Assembly: GCA_963729045.1 (NCBI GenBank)
Contig: CAVSMN010000020.1
Location: 128,001 to 192,000, forward strand
Direction: 5' to 3'
Source: an uncultured Nitrososphaeraceae archaeon
Lineage (GTDB): Archaea; Thermoproteota; Nitrososphaeria; Nitrososphaerales; Nitrososphaeraceae
Length of the DNA stretch: 64,000 nucleotides
Shown here: positions 40,822 to 56,079 of the stretch, one piece after another
How positions within the stretch are numbered: position 1 is the stretch's first letter
Layout: each line of letters starts with the position of its first letter
Notes under the pieces: model-generated
What the model saw: the letters and a program-made list of their open reading frames with translations, nothing else
Database searches by the model: none
What the model was told of the DNA's origin: nothing
Made by a program: the position numbers and the translations under genes

Positions 40822-41391
40822 CTATACCAAGTCGATTAGTTCATTCAATTTGCTTATTCTTGTATAAGATGCTAAAGATTTATTCCAAGGCTGATCAAAA
40901 ATTATTATCTGTTTGGGAGTAACAATTTCCTTAGCATTGATCGGAGAATCATCGACCAATAGAAAAAAAGGAAAATGGCTCTTTGACACATCATCAAAAA
41001 TGAAAACAATGTCATTGAACGGGATATCGTTTAGATCGAGCCAATGAGCCACAAATGGCATTGTAACTCGCTCCCTTTTTGTAATAATGGAAATTCGAAA
41101 GCCCTTGTCTTGTAATTGATTTATTACATCTGAAAGATCATTACTAGTAGGAGGTATGTCTTGCCATCGTTTTTTCCAGACCATTATGAATAAATCCGTT
41201 ATCTGTTGTTTACTTATTGATAATATATTATGTATGTGCCAATCAGATATATCTCGTTTTTTTATTTTGCTATTAAAAATTGCATTATATTCTTCTAACC
41301 AGATTTGCATTACATCAGCCAAAACAGAATCGAGATCCAACGCGATAGTTATTTCAGAGACCATTGAGGACGAATATTGATCAGGTTGCAT
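40822..41391 (-). CDS. HAD-family 5'(3')-deoxyribonucleotidase-like protein
   Basis: IALDLDSVLAD, IITKR, LVDDSP, FDQPWN. Confidence 0.85.
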   Translation of the reverse strand: MQPDQYSSSMVSEITIALDLDSVLADVMQIWLEEYNAIFNSKIKKRDISDWHIHNILSISKQQITDLFIMVWKKRWQDIPPTSNDLSDVINQLQDKGFRISIITKRERVTMPFVAHWLDLNDIPFNDIVFIFDDVSKSHFPFFLLVDDSPINAKEIVTPKQIIIFDQPWNKSLASYTRISKLNELIDLV

Positions 41392-41465
41392 ACATAAATA
41401 TCTACTTTATCCGATAATGATGACGACATTATAATCAAGTTTATGTTAATATAATAAAAAAACAT

Positions 41466-42419
41466 TTAATGATCCCTATCATCAACTGTATGATATTTTT
41501 CGATCTGAATCGTAGTATGATAAATTGCAAATTTCTTTTCTAAGAGTGAATTTATTTCTTGGAGTATCTCTTGTGATTTGGTTGAATCAAAAATAACTAT
41601 ATGTGCAGATAATGCAATATTTCCGGACGTTATACTCCATATGTGGAGATCAAACACTCCTGTCACACCTCTTATCTGCAGAATTGAATCCTTTATGTCC
41701 TTATACAACAAACTTGAAGGAGAACTCTCCATCAAAATGGATATCGATCTTTGTAACAAATACCAAACACGAGGTATAATGAACAGAGCAAGACCGAAGC
41801 TAATTATAGAATCTATCAGATAATAATCAGTATAATAAATGAGAACAGCTCCAACGATGATTGCAATAGATCCGAGAAGATCGCTAAATAGTTCTAGCTT
41901 CGCACCTTGAATATGAAGAGCATCGGTCTTTCTTAATTTATCATGTTCTTGCGTTGATGCAGAAAATGTATGATCCGCATGCGCATGGGCATGTGTCCCT
42001 TTTAAAAGCCTTAGCCCAATAAGATTTACAATTAATCCTATTATAGCAACGATCAGCATGAAGGAGCTTTCTATATCTCGAGGTTCAAAAATCCGTTGAT
42101 AAGCTTCAAACATGATAAAAATTGAAATTAATAAAAGAATAACACAATTGGCAAGAGAGGACAGGATTTCAGACCTATAGAATCCGTAGGTATGTAAAGG
42201 AGTTGGAGGTTTTTTACTAAATATGGAAGCCACAAGAACAAGTGAGATTCCGAAGACATCTGCAAACATGTGCAGAGCATCAGCAATCAAAGCCAGACTT
42301 CCAGTGATATATCCGGCCACGATTTCTACCGCTAGATAAATAGTTAGTATAACTATAACTATTTTTAACCTCCTAGTTTCTGTGGATGTTCCGGTTCTCG
42401 TTATGATTTCATTTATCAT
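41466..42419 (-). CDS. CDF family Zn/Co/Cd efflux transporter (CzcD/ZitB-like)
   Basis: SLALIADALHMFAD, TYGFYRSEIL, His-rich loop HAHAHADH, DLHIWSITSG, HTTIQIE. Confidence 0.9.
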   Translation of the reverse strand: MINEIITRTGTSTETRRLKIVIVILTIYLAVEIVAGYITGSLALIADALHMFADVFGISLVLVASIFSKKPPTPLHTYGFYRSEILSSLANCVILLLISIFIMFEAYQRIFEPRDIESSFMLIVAIIGLIVNLIGLRLLKGTHAHAHADHTFSASTQEHDKLRKTDALHIQGAKLELFSDLLGSIAIIVGAVLIYYTDYYLIDSIISFGLALFIIPRVWYLLQRSISILMESSPSSLLYKDIKDSILQIRGVTGVFDLHIWSITSGNIALSAHIVIFDSTKSQEILQEINSLLEKKFAIYHTTIQIEKYHTVDDRDH

Positions 42420-42674
42420 AATATGATATTTGTTAAAAAGTGTATGGAGTGGACATTATTGATATGGATGACACAGGACATACTAATGATCGTAGGATTA
42501 CTAGGATTAGTTATTTCTTCAGCGGATGAAATCTATAATGCAGAAAAGATTTCCATCTTGCTAAATTTTTCAGTGACATGGTATTAGGATATCACTTTTT
42601 CATTACAAAAACCAATTTAATAGAAATGCAAAAATGCAATAGTATTTAAGTATAACTTTATATATTTTATAAAT

Positions 42675-43268
42675 ATGTCATTCAATCTTAATGATAGTCC
42701 AACACATTTCATAGTTCTTAATGCAATATATAAGAATTTTAATACTTTAGATAAAATCATAAAATTTACAAAACTTACAAAATCAGAAGTTGAGACAATT
42801 CTTAAGGAATTAGAAAGTCAACGACTTGTCATTAAATTTGAAAAGAAAATATTTTTCCTAGGGAAGAAAATGCAATATAAATTAACAGAGACGGGATTAA
42901 AAATACTAACTTCAAAACAACAGGAACTAGAGAATAAGTTGAGACAAGTTCAGCAATGGTATTCACAAGGTGATAAGGCCCAACTCCAAACATTTATGGG
43001 AAATAACAGATCATGGATGCCATTTTTGATTTTTTCAGGCATTATGGATATGGTGTTTTTTATGTCATTAATGTCATTTATGGGTATGGCCCTTAATCCA
43101 ATGGAGAGTTCAATGGCTGGAGACACAGGAGATACCGGTGGCACGGGGTCGGAGTCTGATTCTGGAGCCGGCACGGAAACAGGAGCAACAGAAAATGTAG
43201 ACATGCAGGGCGGAGACGTAGGGGGAGGAGGATTTGATTTTGATGGTGGAGGTTTTGACAGCTTTTAA
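42675..43268 (+). CDS. Winged-helix protein with hydrophobic segment and acidic Gly-rich tail
   Basis: MarR-like N-terminus (YKLTETG), coiled coil, Met/Phe-rich hydrophobic stretch, GD/GF tail. Confidence 0.75.
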   Translation: MSFNLNDSPTHFIVLNAIYKNFNTLDKIIKFTKLTKSEVETILKELESQRLVIKFEKKIFFLGKKMQYKLTETGLKILTSKQQELENKLRQVQQWYSQGDKAQLQTFMGNNRSWMPFLIFSGIMDMVFFMSLMSFMGMALNPMESSMAGDTGDTGGTGSESDSGAGTETGATENVDMQGGDVGGGGFDFDGGGFDSF

Positions 43269-43407
43269 TAAAACATAATTTTTTTGATATTTTACACTAT
43301 AGATTCTGAATATGGGCTACATTAATTCAATATTTAGTCAGTCAATGTAAATAAGTCAATTCAATAAAAATATATTTAATTTTATAATATGAAGAGATAA
43401 TCGCAGT

Positions 43408-43632
43408 ATGACAAGGAAGGAGATATTAAAGATTTTTTTTATCGCATTAATTACCGGAAATATAATGGGCATAGTATTGATTCAAATATTTGATACTCTT
43501 ACCATTACGAGTTTAATAATTCTTGAAATATCACTGATAATAACCATAGTTTTACTATTCATCGCAAGTAAGTTATGGAATAAAAGACTAGCCAAAAAAA
43601 CAAACCGCGAAAAAGAAAACAACCCAGAATAA
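43408..43632 (+). CDS. Small two-TM membrane protein
   Basis: Two hydrophobic helices and a basic tail. Confidence 0.65.
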   Translation: MTRKEILKIFFIALITGNIMGIVLIQIFDTLTITSLIILEISLIITIVLLFIASKLWNKRLAKKTNREKENNPE

Positions 43633-43795
43633 TATTATAAAAATATTCAGAAACATTAGATCCAGCATCTGAATTTTATTTCATTTTACTTTGCGAGATA
43701 GTTCTTCTTCCAGTCTAGTACTATACTTTCAAAGCCGAGATCAACTTGGATTATATAAAATCTGCAAAAGCATCATTGATTTACCCCCAATTAAT

Positions 43796-45616
43796 TCACT
43801 GTTGAGGTATTTTAAAATAAAAGGTAGCACCGCCATTAGGATTATTGACTGCCCAGATCTTGCCATTATGAGAATTAATAATACTCTTTGATATAAACAA
43901 GCCCAGACCAGTACCTTCAAAAGACTTGGAGGTAAATTTCGTAAACAATCTTGGAAGTATATCAGGATCGATACCTTGTCCAGTATCCGAGATACTGACG
44001 ATCACATTTTCAATATTTTTTACCGCATCTCTCTCGATTTTTACATCGATGCCAATCGATCCTTTTTCAGTAAACTTTACAGAATTACCAAGAAGGTTAA
44101 AAATAACCTGTGTGATTCGATTTTTGTCTGCAAATACAAAGATGTCTTGGGGTTCATATATTATATTCAAATTTTCCAGCTGTTCTGGATTACTGCTTAA
44201 TAGCTGGGTTTTTATATCACTGATCGATGACAAAATAATGTCCTTAATATTAAAGCGTTCTTTGTTAAGCTTCAGGGACTGACTTTCAATCTTAGTAATA
44301 TCCAAAATATCTGATGCTAATCTCTTTAAGCGTTTGGCGTTTCTAATAATAGAACTCACTTGTTCTCTGTCAACTTTGACTTCTTCTTTTCCATCTTCGA
44401 ATTGCTTTTCAAGAAATATCGCATCTCCAAGTATAGGCATTATGGGAGTTCTCAATTCATGAGCAGCAATATTTATGAATTCTTTCTGCATCTTATCATG
44501 AATGCTTAGTTTTTCATTGGCCGATTCGAGTAACTTATTATAATTTATCAATGAATTATTTGCATCTTTTAGCTCTATAGTTCTCGAATTTACTGCGGAC
44601 TCTAGTCGTTTATTCCAGGAAAGGATCAAAAACGCAATGCCCAAGGCTACCGCTCCAATTATCAGGATCATTAAAGTGCTAAAATTTTTCTGATTATTAA
44701 TCAAGAATCCCACCTCAGCTGCTAATTGATGTGGAGAGCTTACAAACAAAGTCCACAAATACTTTCCACCTATATAGACTGGTTGATATGTAATAGTAGT
44801 CTTGTTTCCCCCATCCAGTATTAGATCTTCGGCTCCAGCAGATCCTTGAAGAGATCTAGCCAATAGAGAATTATATGGTCCTCTAATTTCCTCGGGTACT
44901 AGGGATTGAAATTCTTCTCCAAGATAATATTTTCCAATGAGCGAAGGATTACTACCATAAATAATAATACCATTCTTATCCATTAATCCAACATTGCCTG
45001 CTACTTGAGGGGCCAATTCGCTTTGTAAAAAACGACCTAATTCATGGATTTTGATTGATGCAACGATAACCCCTTTAAACACAGGTTCTCCGGCGGATTG
45101 TTTCATAATAGGAAATGAAATATAAAGTCGCGGAATTTTATCTATAGACTCTATTGCACTACTATAATAGCTAGCATGAGTCTCTTTAGGGATAACAAAA
45201 TATTCTCGATTACTTAAATCAATATCACTATATGAATCAATTATGCTAGAGTTAACGTTGCTTATTGAGACAATTCGACCATTTTCATTTATCCAATAAT
45301 ATCCCTCAGTCAATGACTTTGTCGAGTTCTGAACTTCATCCATAATTATTTTAGTTCCATCTATATTGCTGTAGTTTACAATTTTAGATAAGATCTCGAG
45401 GTTAGTAGATACTGGATCTATGATATGTAACAGAGTTTTAGAAAGACCATCTGTTTCAATTATAGCATTTGACCTGATATCACTAGAAGCAATCTCACCA
45501 ATTTGATCTGCGGTTAGGCCAGAATAATGATAAGATAATATAGACAAAGAAATACCTACGCCAATTACAAGAATTAGCAAGAAAATATTATTTCTAGATG
45601 ATACTATACTTATCAT
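43796..45616 (-). CDS. Membrane sensor histidine kinase with extracellular Cache domain
   Basis: DLSNREYF, AAHELRTP, NLLGNSVKF, DTGQGI, GTGLGL. Confidence 0.95.
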   Translation of the reverse strand: MISIVSSRNNIFLLILVIGVGISLSILSYHYSGLTADQIGEIASSDIRSNAIIETDGLSKTLLHIIDPVSTNLEILSKIVNYSNIDGTKIIMDEVQNSTKSLTEGYYWINENGRIVSISNVNSSIIDSYSDIDLSNREYFVIPKETHASYYSSAIESIDKIPRLYISFPIMKQSAGEPVFKGVIVASIKIHELGRFLQSELAPQVAGNVGLMDKNGIIIYGSNPSLIGKYYLGEEFQSLVPEEIRGPYNSLLARSLQGSAGAEDLILDGGNKTTITYQPVYIGGKYLWTLFVSSPHQLAAEVGFLINNQKNFSTLMILIIGAVALGIAFLILSWNKRLESAVNSRTIELKDANNSLINYNKLLESANEKLSIHDKMQKEFINIAAHELRTPIMPILGDAIFLEKQFEDGKEEVKVDREQVSSIIRNAKRLKRLASDILDITKIESQSLKLNKERFNIKDIILSSISDIKTQLLSSNPEQLENLNIIYEPQDIFVFADKNRITQVIFNLLGNSVKFTEKGSIGIDVKIERDAVKNIENVIVSISDTGQGIDPDILPRLFTKFTSKSFEGTGLGLFISKSIINSHNGKIWAVNNPNGGATFYFKIPQQ

Positions 45617-45654
45617 TTACAAGCTGTTTAACATTTTTGATATAAAAATTCCAT

Positions 45655-46074
45655 TTAAATTGCTAACATAGATTTAATCTTGAAAACTAAATCATTCATA
45701 TCGATCGGTTTAATAATGAAATCTTTAACATCAATTGAAGGAAGAACTTTTGTAAATTCATCTCTGTTTATTTCAAACGCAGTAATGAACGCAATTTTGG
45801 TATCAGGGCGCATTTCCTTGATATTTCTATATAGCTCGAAACCATTCATCCTAGGCATTCTAATATCAGTGATGATTACGTCATAGTAGCCTGATTCATG
45901 ATTTTTAAAAGAGCTAAACGCATCATGGCCACTAGAAAATACTTCCACCTTAAATTCATTTGTTATTTCCAAATCTCTCTTAATAACTCTAAGAATATCT
46001 TTTTCATCATCCACTACCATTATTCTAGCCATCTTATTCTTGTAAGGATTGTTAATTTCAACTTCGGACGTCAT
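45655..46074 (-). CDS. Single-domain response regulator (CheY-like)
   Basis: VVDDE, TDIRMPRMNG, FITA, IKP. Confidence 0.95.
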   Translation of the reverse strand: MTSEVEINNPYKNKMARIMVVDDEKDILRVIKRDLEITNEFKVEVFSSGHDAFSSFKNHESGYYDVIITDIRMPRMNGFELYRNIKEMRPDTKIAFITAFEINRDEFTKVLPSIDVKDFIIKPIDMNDLVFKIKSMLAI

Positions 46075-46534
46075 GGATATTATTTTTACACTAATAATTG
46101 ATTAAAGGAAATATATTAATTAGCATTTCTAAAGAATTCGTAATTCCTTTATACAATAGAATAAGCTGAAGACATTTGATAGTTTAATTTTAATAGTACA
46201 AAGTTCATCCGTGAAAAAACAATGCTAGTTATAGTTACATATATTTAACAAGGTGATATCAATATCATTTATCCAGAGAATTGTTGTTTCAAAACTAAGG
46301 CATTCTCAAGATGGCATAGTGTCAATGAGACATTGGAAGAAATATTAATAAAGACTTATAGACTCGAAAACGATGGAGACGGTATCAAATGAAAATACAG
46401 ATATTAATTGTATGTTCAATCCACTAGGAAGAGATTTTATATAATTTTAATATCCATAAACCAAATTTTCGTGTTTTAGAACAAAGACTTGAATAAAGAT
46501 TAATTTAACAATACGTCAAAATAATTTAAAACGC

Positions 46535-46978
46535 ATGTCATTCACAATAAGAGAAATTGAAGAGAATGATTTTGATAATGGGTTTTTTGAAACACTCTCA
46601 AACTTATCCACGATAGGAGGCATAGACACCAATGAAGTGTTAAAAAAAGAAATCATAAAAGAAATCATAACAAATAAGGATTATGTAATAATTATATCAG
46701 AGGATGCAAAGAGTCGAGAGGTCATCGGCACAGCCACATTATTTATAGAACAAAAATTCATCCATAACGGAGGTAAGGTTGGCCACATAGAAGATGTAGC
46801 AACTAGAAAAGGGTACGAAGGTAGAGGTATTGGTAGAGAAATAATAAAAAAGCTAATCACCATATCACGGGACCGTGGATGCTATAAAATAATTCTTGAT
46901 TGTGATGAAAAAGTATCTAAATTTTACGAAAAAATAGGGTTCAAGAAGAAAGCAATAATGTTAAGATTTGATCTATAG
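46535..46978 (+). CDS. GNAT acetyltransferase, glucosamine-6-phosphate N-acetyltransferase (GNA1)-like
   Basis: EQKFIH, GHIEDVA, GRGIG, GCYKIILDC, FYEKIGF. Confidence 0.85.
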   Translation: MSFTIREIEENDFDNGFFETLSNLSTIGGIDTNEVLKKEIIKEIITNKDYVIIISEDAKSREVIGTATLFIEQKFIHNGGKVGHIEDVATRKGYEGRGIGREIIKKLITISRDRGCYKIILDCDEKVSKFYEKIGFKKKAIMLRFDL

Positions 46979-47005
46979 CGCCAGTTTTGGCACAAGCAAT
47001 TTATA

Positions 47006-47395
47006 TTGTCAGAAATAGTACCTAACATGGATGAAAATATAGAATTAACTGTCATAAAGAATAGACCGCTAGAAAGAATTTTTAGAAATAATATTGCCAG
47101 AGTGATTGATTTCCTTATAATAAATCAGCAGTTTAATTTTACTACAGTAGAAATAAGCAAATCTAGTGAAATACCTCTAAGAACAGTCCAAAGAATCATC
47201 CCCCAATTAGTTCAAAACAAGATTGTAATAGAAAATAAATATAAAGGCAAGATTAAAAATTATGAATTGAACAGAAATTCTAAATTAGTTGAAATTTTGA
47301 GATTATATTCGATTGAGACCGTAAATGCATTTATTGAAGAAGCCATAGATGAAAACAGGACTCGAGCTTTGATTTCAAATAGCAAGTTAGTTTGA
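47006..47395 (+). CDS. Winged helix-turn-helix hypothetical protein
   Basis: ARVIDFL, EISKSSEIPLRTVQRIIPQL, YELN. Confidence 0.7.
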   Translation: MSEIVPNMDENIELTVIKNRPLERIFRNNIARVIDFLIINQQFNFTTVEISKSSEIPLRTVQRIIPQLVQNKIVIENKYKGKIKNYELNRNSKLVEILRLYSIETVNAFIEEAIDENRTRALISNSKLV

Positions 47396-47680
47396 ATTCA
47401 CCCTTCGACTACCACAAATAAAAGAAAGTCCAATCATAACAATTCATTTAGAAGAAAAAAATCATAAAACTCTGAACATAATCAAAATTACTTTGACAAA
47501 TTATAATGCTATTCTTTACGCATGAAATAGAAATGTAGTTCATATTTTTTGTGTATTGTGAGTGAGTGCAATTAAGAAAGATAATGTATTTTACATACAT
47601 ACTTTTGCTTGCTTGCTTGCTTGTTTGTTTGTTTTTGTTTTTTATAGTTACTTGTCGGTTGTAATTTTTTAATTACAGAT

Positions 47681-50631
<2,951 letters not shown>

Positions 50632-51534
50632 GTCCAGTAGTTATAAATTAATTAATAAATTAATTAATTAATTAATTACTTTTTTATTTGGAGTTTTTCT
50701 TTCTTTGTCCTTTGGATCTTTTGTTTGTTATTAGTTATCTAATTAGTTAGTTAGTTAGTTAGTTCCACTTGTGGTAGAAAAGTCTAATTCAATTTGGTTG
50801 GTATTGGTATTTCGTATGTATGTTTATATATTAAATCTGTTTGCACTACAACCAGTTACACATAATATTTTACTACAATTCACTATTCCATTATTACGCG
50901 AATAGAAAATAATCTATTATCATAATAATTTTGAATTAGTATTAGTTATTCTATGTATTTTATTTTCTATCCATATATGATTGGAGTTTTCCTTTACATG
51001 ATGATCATTGTAAACTCACATTTACTACATCAACTTCATTCTTTATCTTCTACTCCTCATTTACATGAGACAAAGAATTGCATCCGATACTATATGCTGA
51101 TTTTAATTGGAATGATCAGATAGATGATTTATGATTTTGTTTAGAATTCATTATAATATTTACACAGATTACGCCAATAGAACTCTAACAAATATGAATA
51201 TTTTTTGTATAAAAATACAACATACTAATCAGTTTTTCAAACCGTATGAAAAATGAAGGAATTGATTGATCAGTTTTGATTTGATTGCACTCCCTTCTTT
51301 ATCTACCATCCTACTCTACTGCTATACTATCTTATCATCGTCCATTCGTAATGGACAGGACAGGACAGACAGATAAGTGTGTATAGTATGGATGTGATTG
51401 ATTGGATGGTTGATTGGTAGATAGATTTAGGGATTTTATTTTATTTTATTAGTATAATTATTGTAAAGTCTCGCAGATTAGAAAGAGCACAAGGCCCTTT
51501 CTAACCCACTACCACTACTACAATATAATAACTA
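50632..51534 (-). other. 16S-23S internal transcribed spacer, about 900 nt, no tRNA
   Basis: AT-rich; simple repeats and long hairpins. Confidence 0.85.
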
Positions 51535-53003
<1,469 letters not shown>

Positions 53004-53558
53004 CAAATAAAGTAAATAATGGCTGTAGAATTATTATTTACTTTATTATAAATCGTCGGTTGATTCTCACATAAACAAACTAACTTTTTTTACGAGGTTG
53101 TTTGTTTATTTTATATATAAATATCGTCCATTTCTCTTCTTCTTCTTCTGTTATCTTCTTCCCCATCTCAGGAAAGAATAGATCGAAAAATTGAAAGGAC
53201 GTTTATTGAGTTTCTTTCTTTATTGTTATTCTATTTCAGATTAACAATAAAGAGAAAGAGTACGATCGAAAAACTAGATTTGTATGTTGTTTTTTTTTCA
53301 CAAATAATAAAATCACACATTTAGTTAGATTTGTTCTATAGGATCATCTTTAATGCAATTATAATAGCATTATAGTGATCTATACTTCGATATCATCTAT
53401 CTGATCATTCCCATGTCAGATTCAATCTATCAGGTCAGCACTGATTTTTTTGATCGAATCTCCCTCATCATTTTCATGTTAACTAGTTTAATGACATCGA
53501 TTAGTTGTTTCATCGAAAAGTAGTTACTTTGTTATAGTTACTAATTTTTCCATTCACA

Positions 53559-53582
53559 TTCTAACTCCTGTGCGACTTGCAT
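53559..53582 (-). other. 5' arm of the 16S pre-rRNA bulge-helix-bulge processing stem (partner 51462-51483)
   Basis: TGCAAG-TCGC-ACA-GGAGTTAGAA pairs with TTCTAATCT-GCGA-GAC-TTTACA. Confidence 0.7.
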
Positions 53583-53616
53583 AGTACAAGTCAAAATAGA
53601 TTTTTGTTCAGTATAA

Positions 53617-53626
53617 TATTAACCTT
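53617..53626 (-). promoter_or_regulatory. Putative BRE/TATA of the rRNA operon
   Basis: AAGGTTAATA on the minus strand about 35 nt upstream of the BHB arm. Confidence 0.5.
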
Positions 53627-53854
53627 AGGTTATGAATAATTTTAATCAGGAAGAGATATTGGGCAAGAAATATTTCAAGTTATGCCCCATCTTTTACTAC
53701 GATCTATCCAATTTCTTGATCCGAAATTAAAAATATCACTAAATAATAGGATTGGTTTGTTAAAAAATGTGTCATTTAACAAGATGCTCTTGGTTTGAAC
53801 ATTATTTGGTTGTATGCTGAACGATATCCACTTCTCAGAATCCTTATAAATTGA

Positions 53855-54637
53855 TTATTGGACATCAACGTTAATTCGCTGGTTGATGTCGTATTCACCA
53901 ATTCTTTGAACGGTTATTTTTATATTCCATTTCCCTTCTTGACTAAGATAATTTCCAGTAGAGGAATAATTTCCCACTCCTACTTTTTTCATAGTATCAA
54001 CCAGTGGCCCCAAGTTCTTATCAGGATTATTGAATTCTAAAAACACATTCCTAATATTTTCAACCGCGGTACCATTTACATGATAGATGTGAAGATCAAA
54101 GGTATTTGAACCCACTTTAAAAGGAGCAATATTAAAATTAAGAACTACATTGTCAGTGGTTGTAATATTAGTAGAATAATCGGGTGATATATTTGATATA
54201 TTATCTGATGGTTGTTGGGTTCTACTGTTGTTGTCTTCAACTGAAAAGACATATGAGCCTTTTGTAATATGCCCGTCGTCTTTAGACAATACAAGCCAAT
54301 TGACGGTGTAAACGCCCGGGATAACTTTAGATGAGTCTAAAGTAACAGAAAGTGACTTATTTGAATCAGATGCCCTTAAATCGTTGTTATCGATTCTTTC
54401 ATTATTAGAATTCATTATTTTGATACTACTTGCTCTTGGCTCTGGATTTTCCGTAAATGCGATAGTTACTTGGTCAGGTACTGATTTTGGAGAATCGATT
54501 ATTTCATTGGGTTCAGGCAAATAAGTTACAGGACTTGCGTGACCGAATACGGGTAATAATGATACAGATGTCAAAATCGATATACCAGTTCCTACTATAG
54601 AAACCACAGCAACAAACAAAATTGCTGAAAAATTCAT
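53855..54637 (-). CDS. Copper resistance CopC domain fused to a YtkA/FixH-like domain
   Basis: Signal peptide then HASP, FTENPE, YTVNWLVLSKDDGHITKGSYVF; C-terminal GKWNIKITV. Confidence 0.85.
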   Translation of the reverse strand: MNFSAILFVAVVSIVGTGISILTSVSLLPVFGHASPVTYLPEPNEIIDSPKSVPDQVTIAFTENPEPRASSIKIMNSNNERIDNNDLRASDSNKSLSVTLDSSKVIPGVYTVNWLVLSKDDGHITKGSYVFSVEDNNSRTQQPSDNISNISPDYSTNITTTDNVVLNFNIAPFKVGSNTFDLHIYHVNGTAVENIRNVFLEFNNPDKNLGPLVDTMKKVGVGNYSSTGNYLSQEGKWNIKITVQRIGEYDINQRINVDVQ

Positions 54638-54846
54638 AAACTATATTTACAATTAAGATATAATATGATTATTGTACAAATGTCGAAGTCGCTAACGTAT
54701 ATGGTTTCAAAATCAATAGCTGAATTGTGAGTTTTCATTGGACATAAGATCGTGATTATACAATTTTGCATCAAAAATTGGAGTTAATCTATACGTTCGA
54801 AGATTGTACAACAATTGTTATAATAAACTTTAAACATAAACTCTTT

Positions 54847-55464
54847 ATGAATAAAAATCATCTGATTCTTTTGGGAGCTGTAATAGCAGTCTCGATGTTA
54901 GCAGCTCCTGTGTTGCAAATGTCATATGCTCACCAAAGAGCCCTTTTTAACATAAACGGGAAAGATTACTTGTTTGTTATTGGTTCTGCAAATGAACCAT
55001 TATATGTAGATGATAAAACTGCAGCTACACTTGATGGATACTGGCCAAATGCTTCAGATCCAACCAATAGTAGAGCAAACGGGACCCAACCAATTACTGG
55101 ACTAGAAAACATGTTAAAGGTGGAAATATTAGCCGGTGACAAGAACATGACATCTAATTTGGATCCTGCATTTGGTGAAGTAGGAAAATATGAATCAGAG
55201 ACATTTTATCCAACAGTTGCAACAACATTTGACTATAGAATTTATGGAAACATCAATGGAACGAACTTTGATGTAACATTCTCATGTCAACCAGCAGGAG
55301 GAGAATCTGCATCTTCTGATAACTCTACAGTCGATATTTCCGAAAATGTGGTAAGAAAGGCACTGCAAGGAGGTTTTGGATGTCCTGAAGATAGAATAGG
55401 ATTCCCCGAACCCTATATTTCACAATATGATCTAAGCCAACAACTGAATAGGACCTCTACTTAA
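54847..55464 (+). CDS. Secreted hypothetical protein with predicted N-terminal His
   Basis: Signal peptide ending SYA-HQR; EPLYV, FYPT, C...GFGC; ORF also open from 54766. Confidence 0.75.
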   Translation: MNKNHLILLGAVIAVSMLAAPVLQMSYAHQRALFNINGKDYLFVIGSANEPLYVDDKTAATLDGYWPNASDPTNSRANGTQPITGLENMLKVEILAGDKNMTSNLDPAFGEVGKYESETFYPTVATTFDYRIYGNINGTNFDVTFSCQPAGGESASSDNSTVDISENVVRKALQGGFGCPEDRIGFPEPYISQYDLSQQLNRTST

Positions 55465-56079
55465 TTTTTTATTTATTTTTATAAATATTGTAATACATAT
55501 TATGCTTTTGAATGATATTTGTTTTTATTCTCTCATTTGATACATCATTTGACCTCTTAACTAATATTCCAAATTTCCATTGCTCAGTAAGGATCTTATC
55601 ACCATCGCCTCCTCAAAATCGGTAACGTCCACAAACAATGCAATAGCTAATGCAGTATCGATTGTATCCTAGGTAGCCGTCACATGATTAACCTGCAACA
55701 AAATATTTTATAAACCTCTAAACTATTTGAGGAGTAAATCCTGAAGAGAAAATGGAAGATGAGAAATAATTGTCATTTTCCAAGCTCAAATCATTCTTAA
55801 AGCTAATCACATTATCCGCGACAGCAATTACAGTTGCATCTATATTATAGTTATTTTCTCAAAGTATCCAAATTATTAGTCCGAGACAAGAACTGCAATT
55901 ATGATAAGTAGATTTAACTCTTGATTAACGATTTAGGATTATAGAAATTATAGATCAAATATTCAATATTGATAGGAGAAAGGAACGGCTGGTGGTGTTT
56001 TTGGTAATGGAGAGATGAGATATAAAAATACATAAAAATATTAACGTATAGTCCAATACGATTCAGAAAGGCGTTTAAT

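Noticed and set aside
42444..42587. 47-aa hydrophobic ORF (MEWTLLIW...) divergent from the CDF gene
   Set aside because: Too short, with no homology evidence, and it occupies the likely promoter region
55470..56070. ORF-poor gap as a possible transporter pseudogene
   Set aside because: Only a short hydrophobic translation with a stop; no reliable family match
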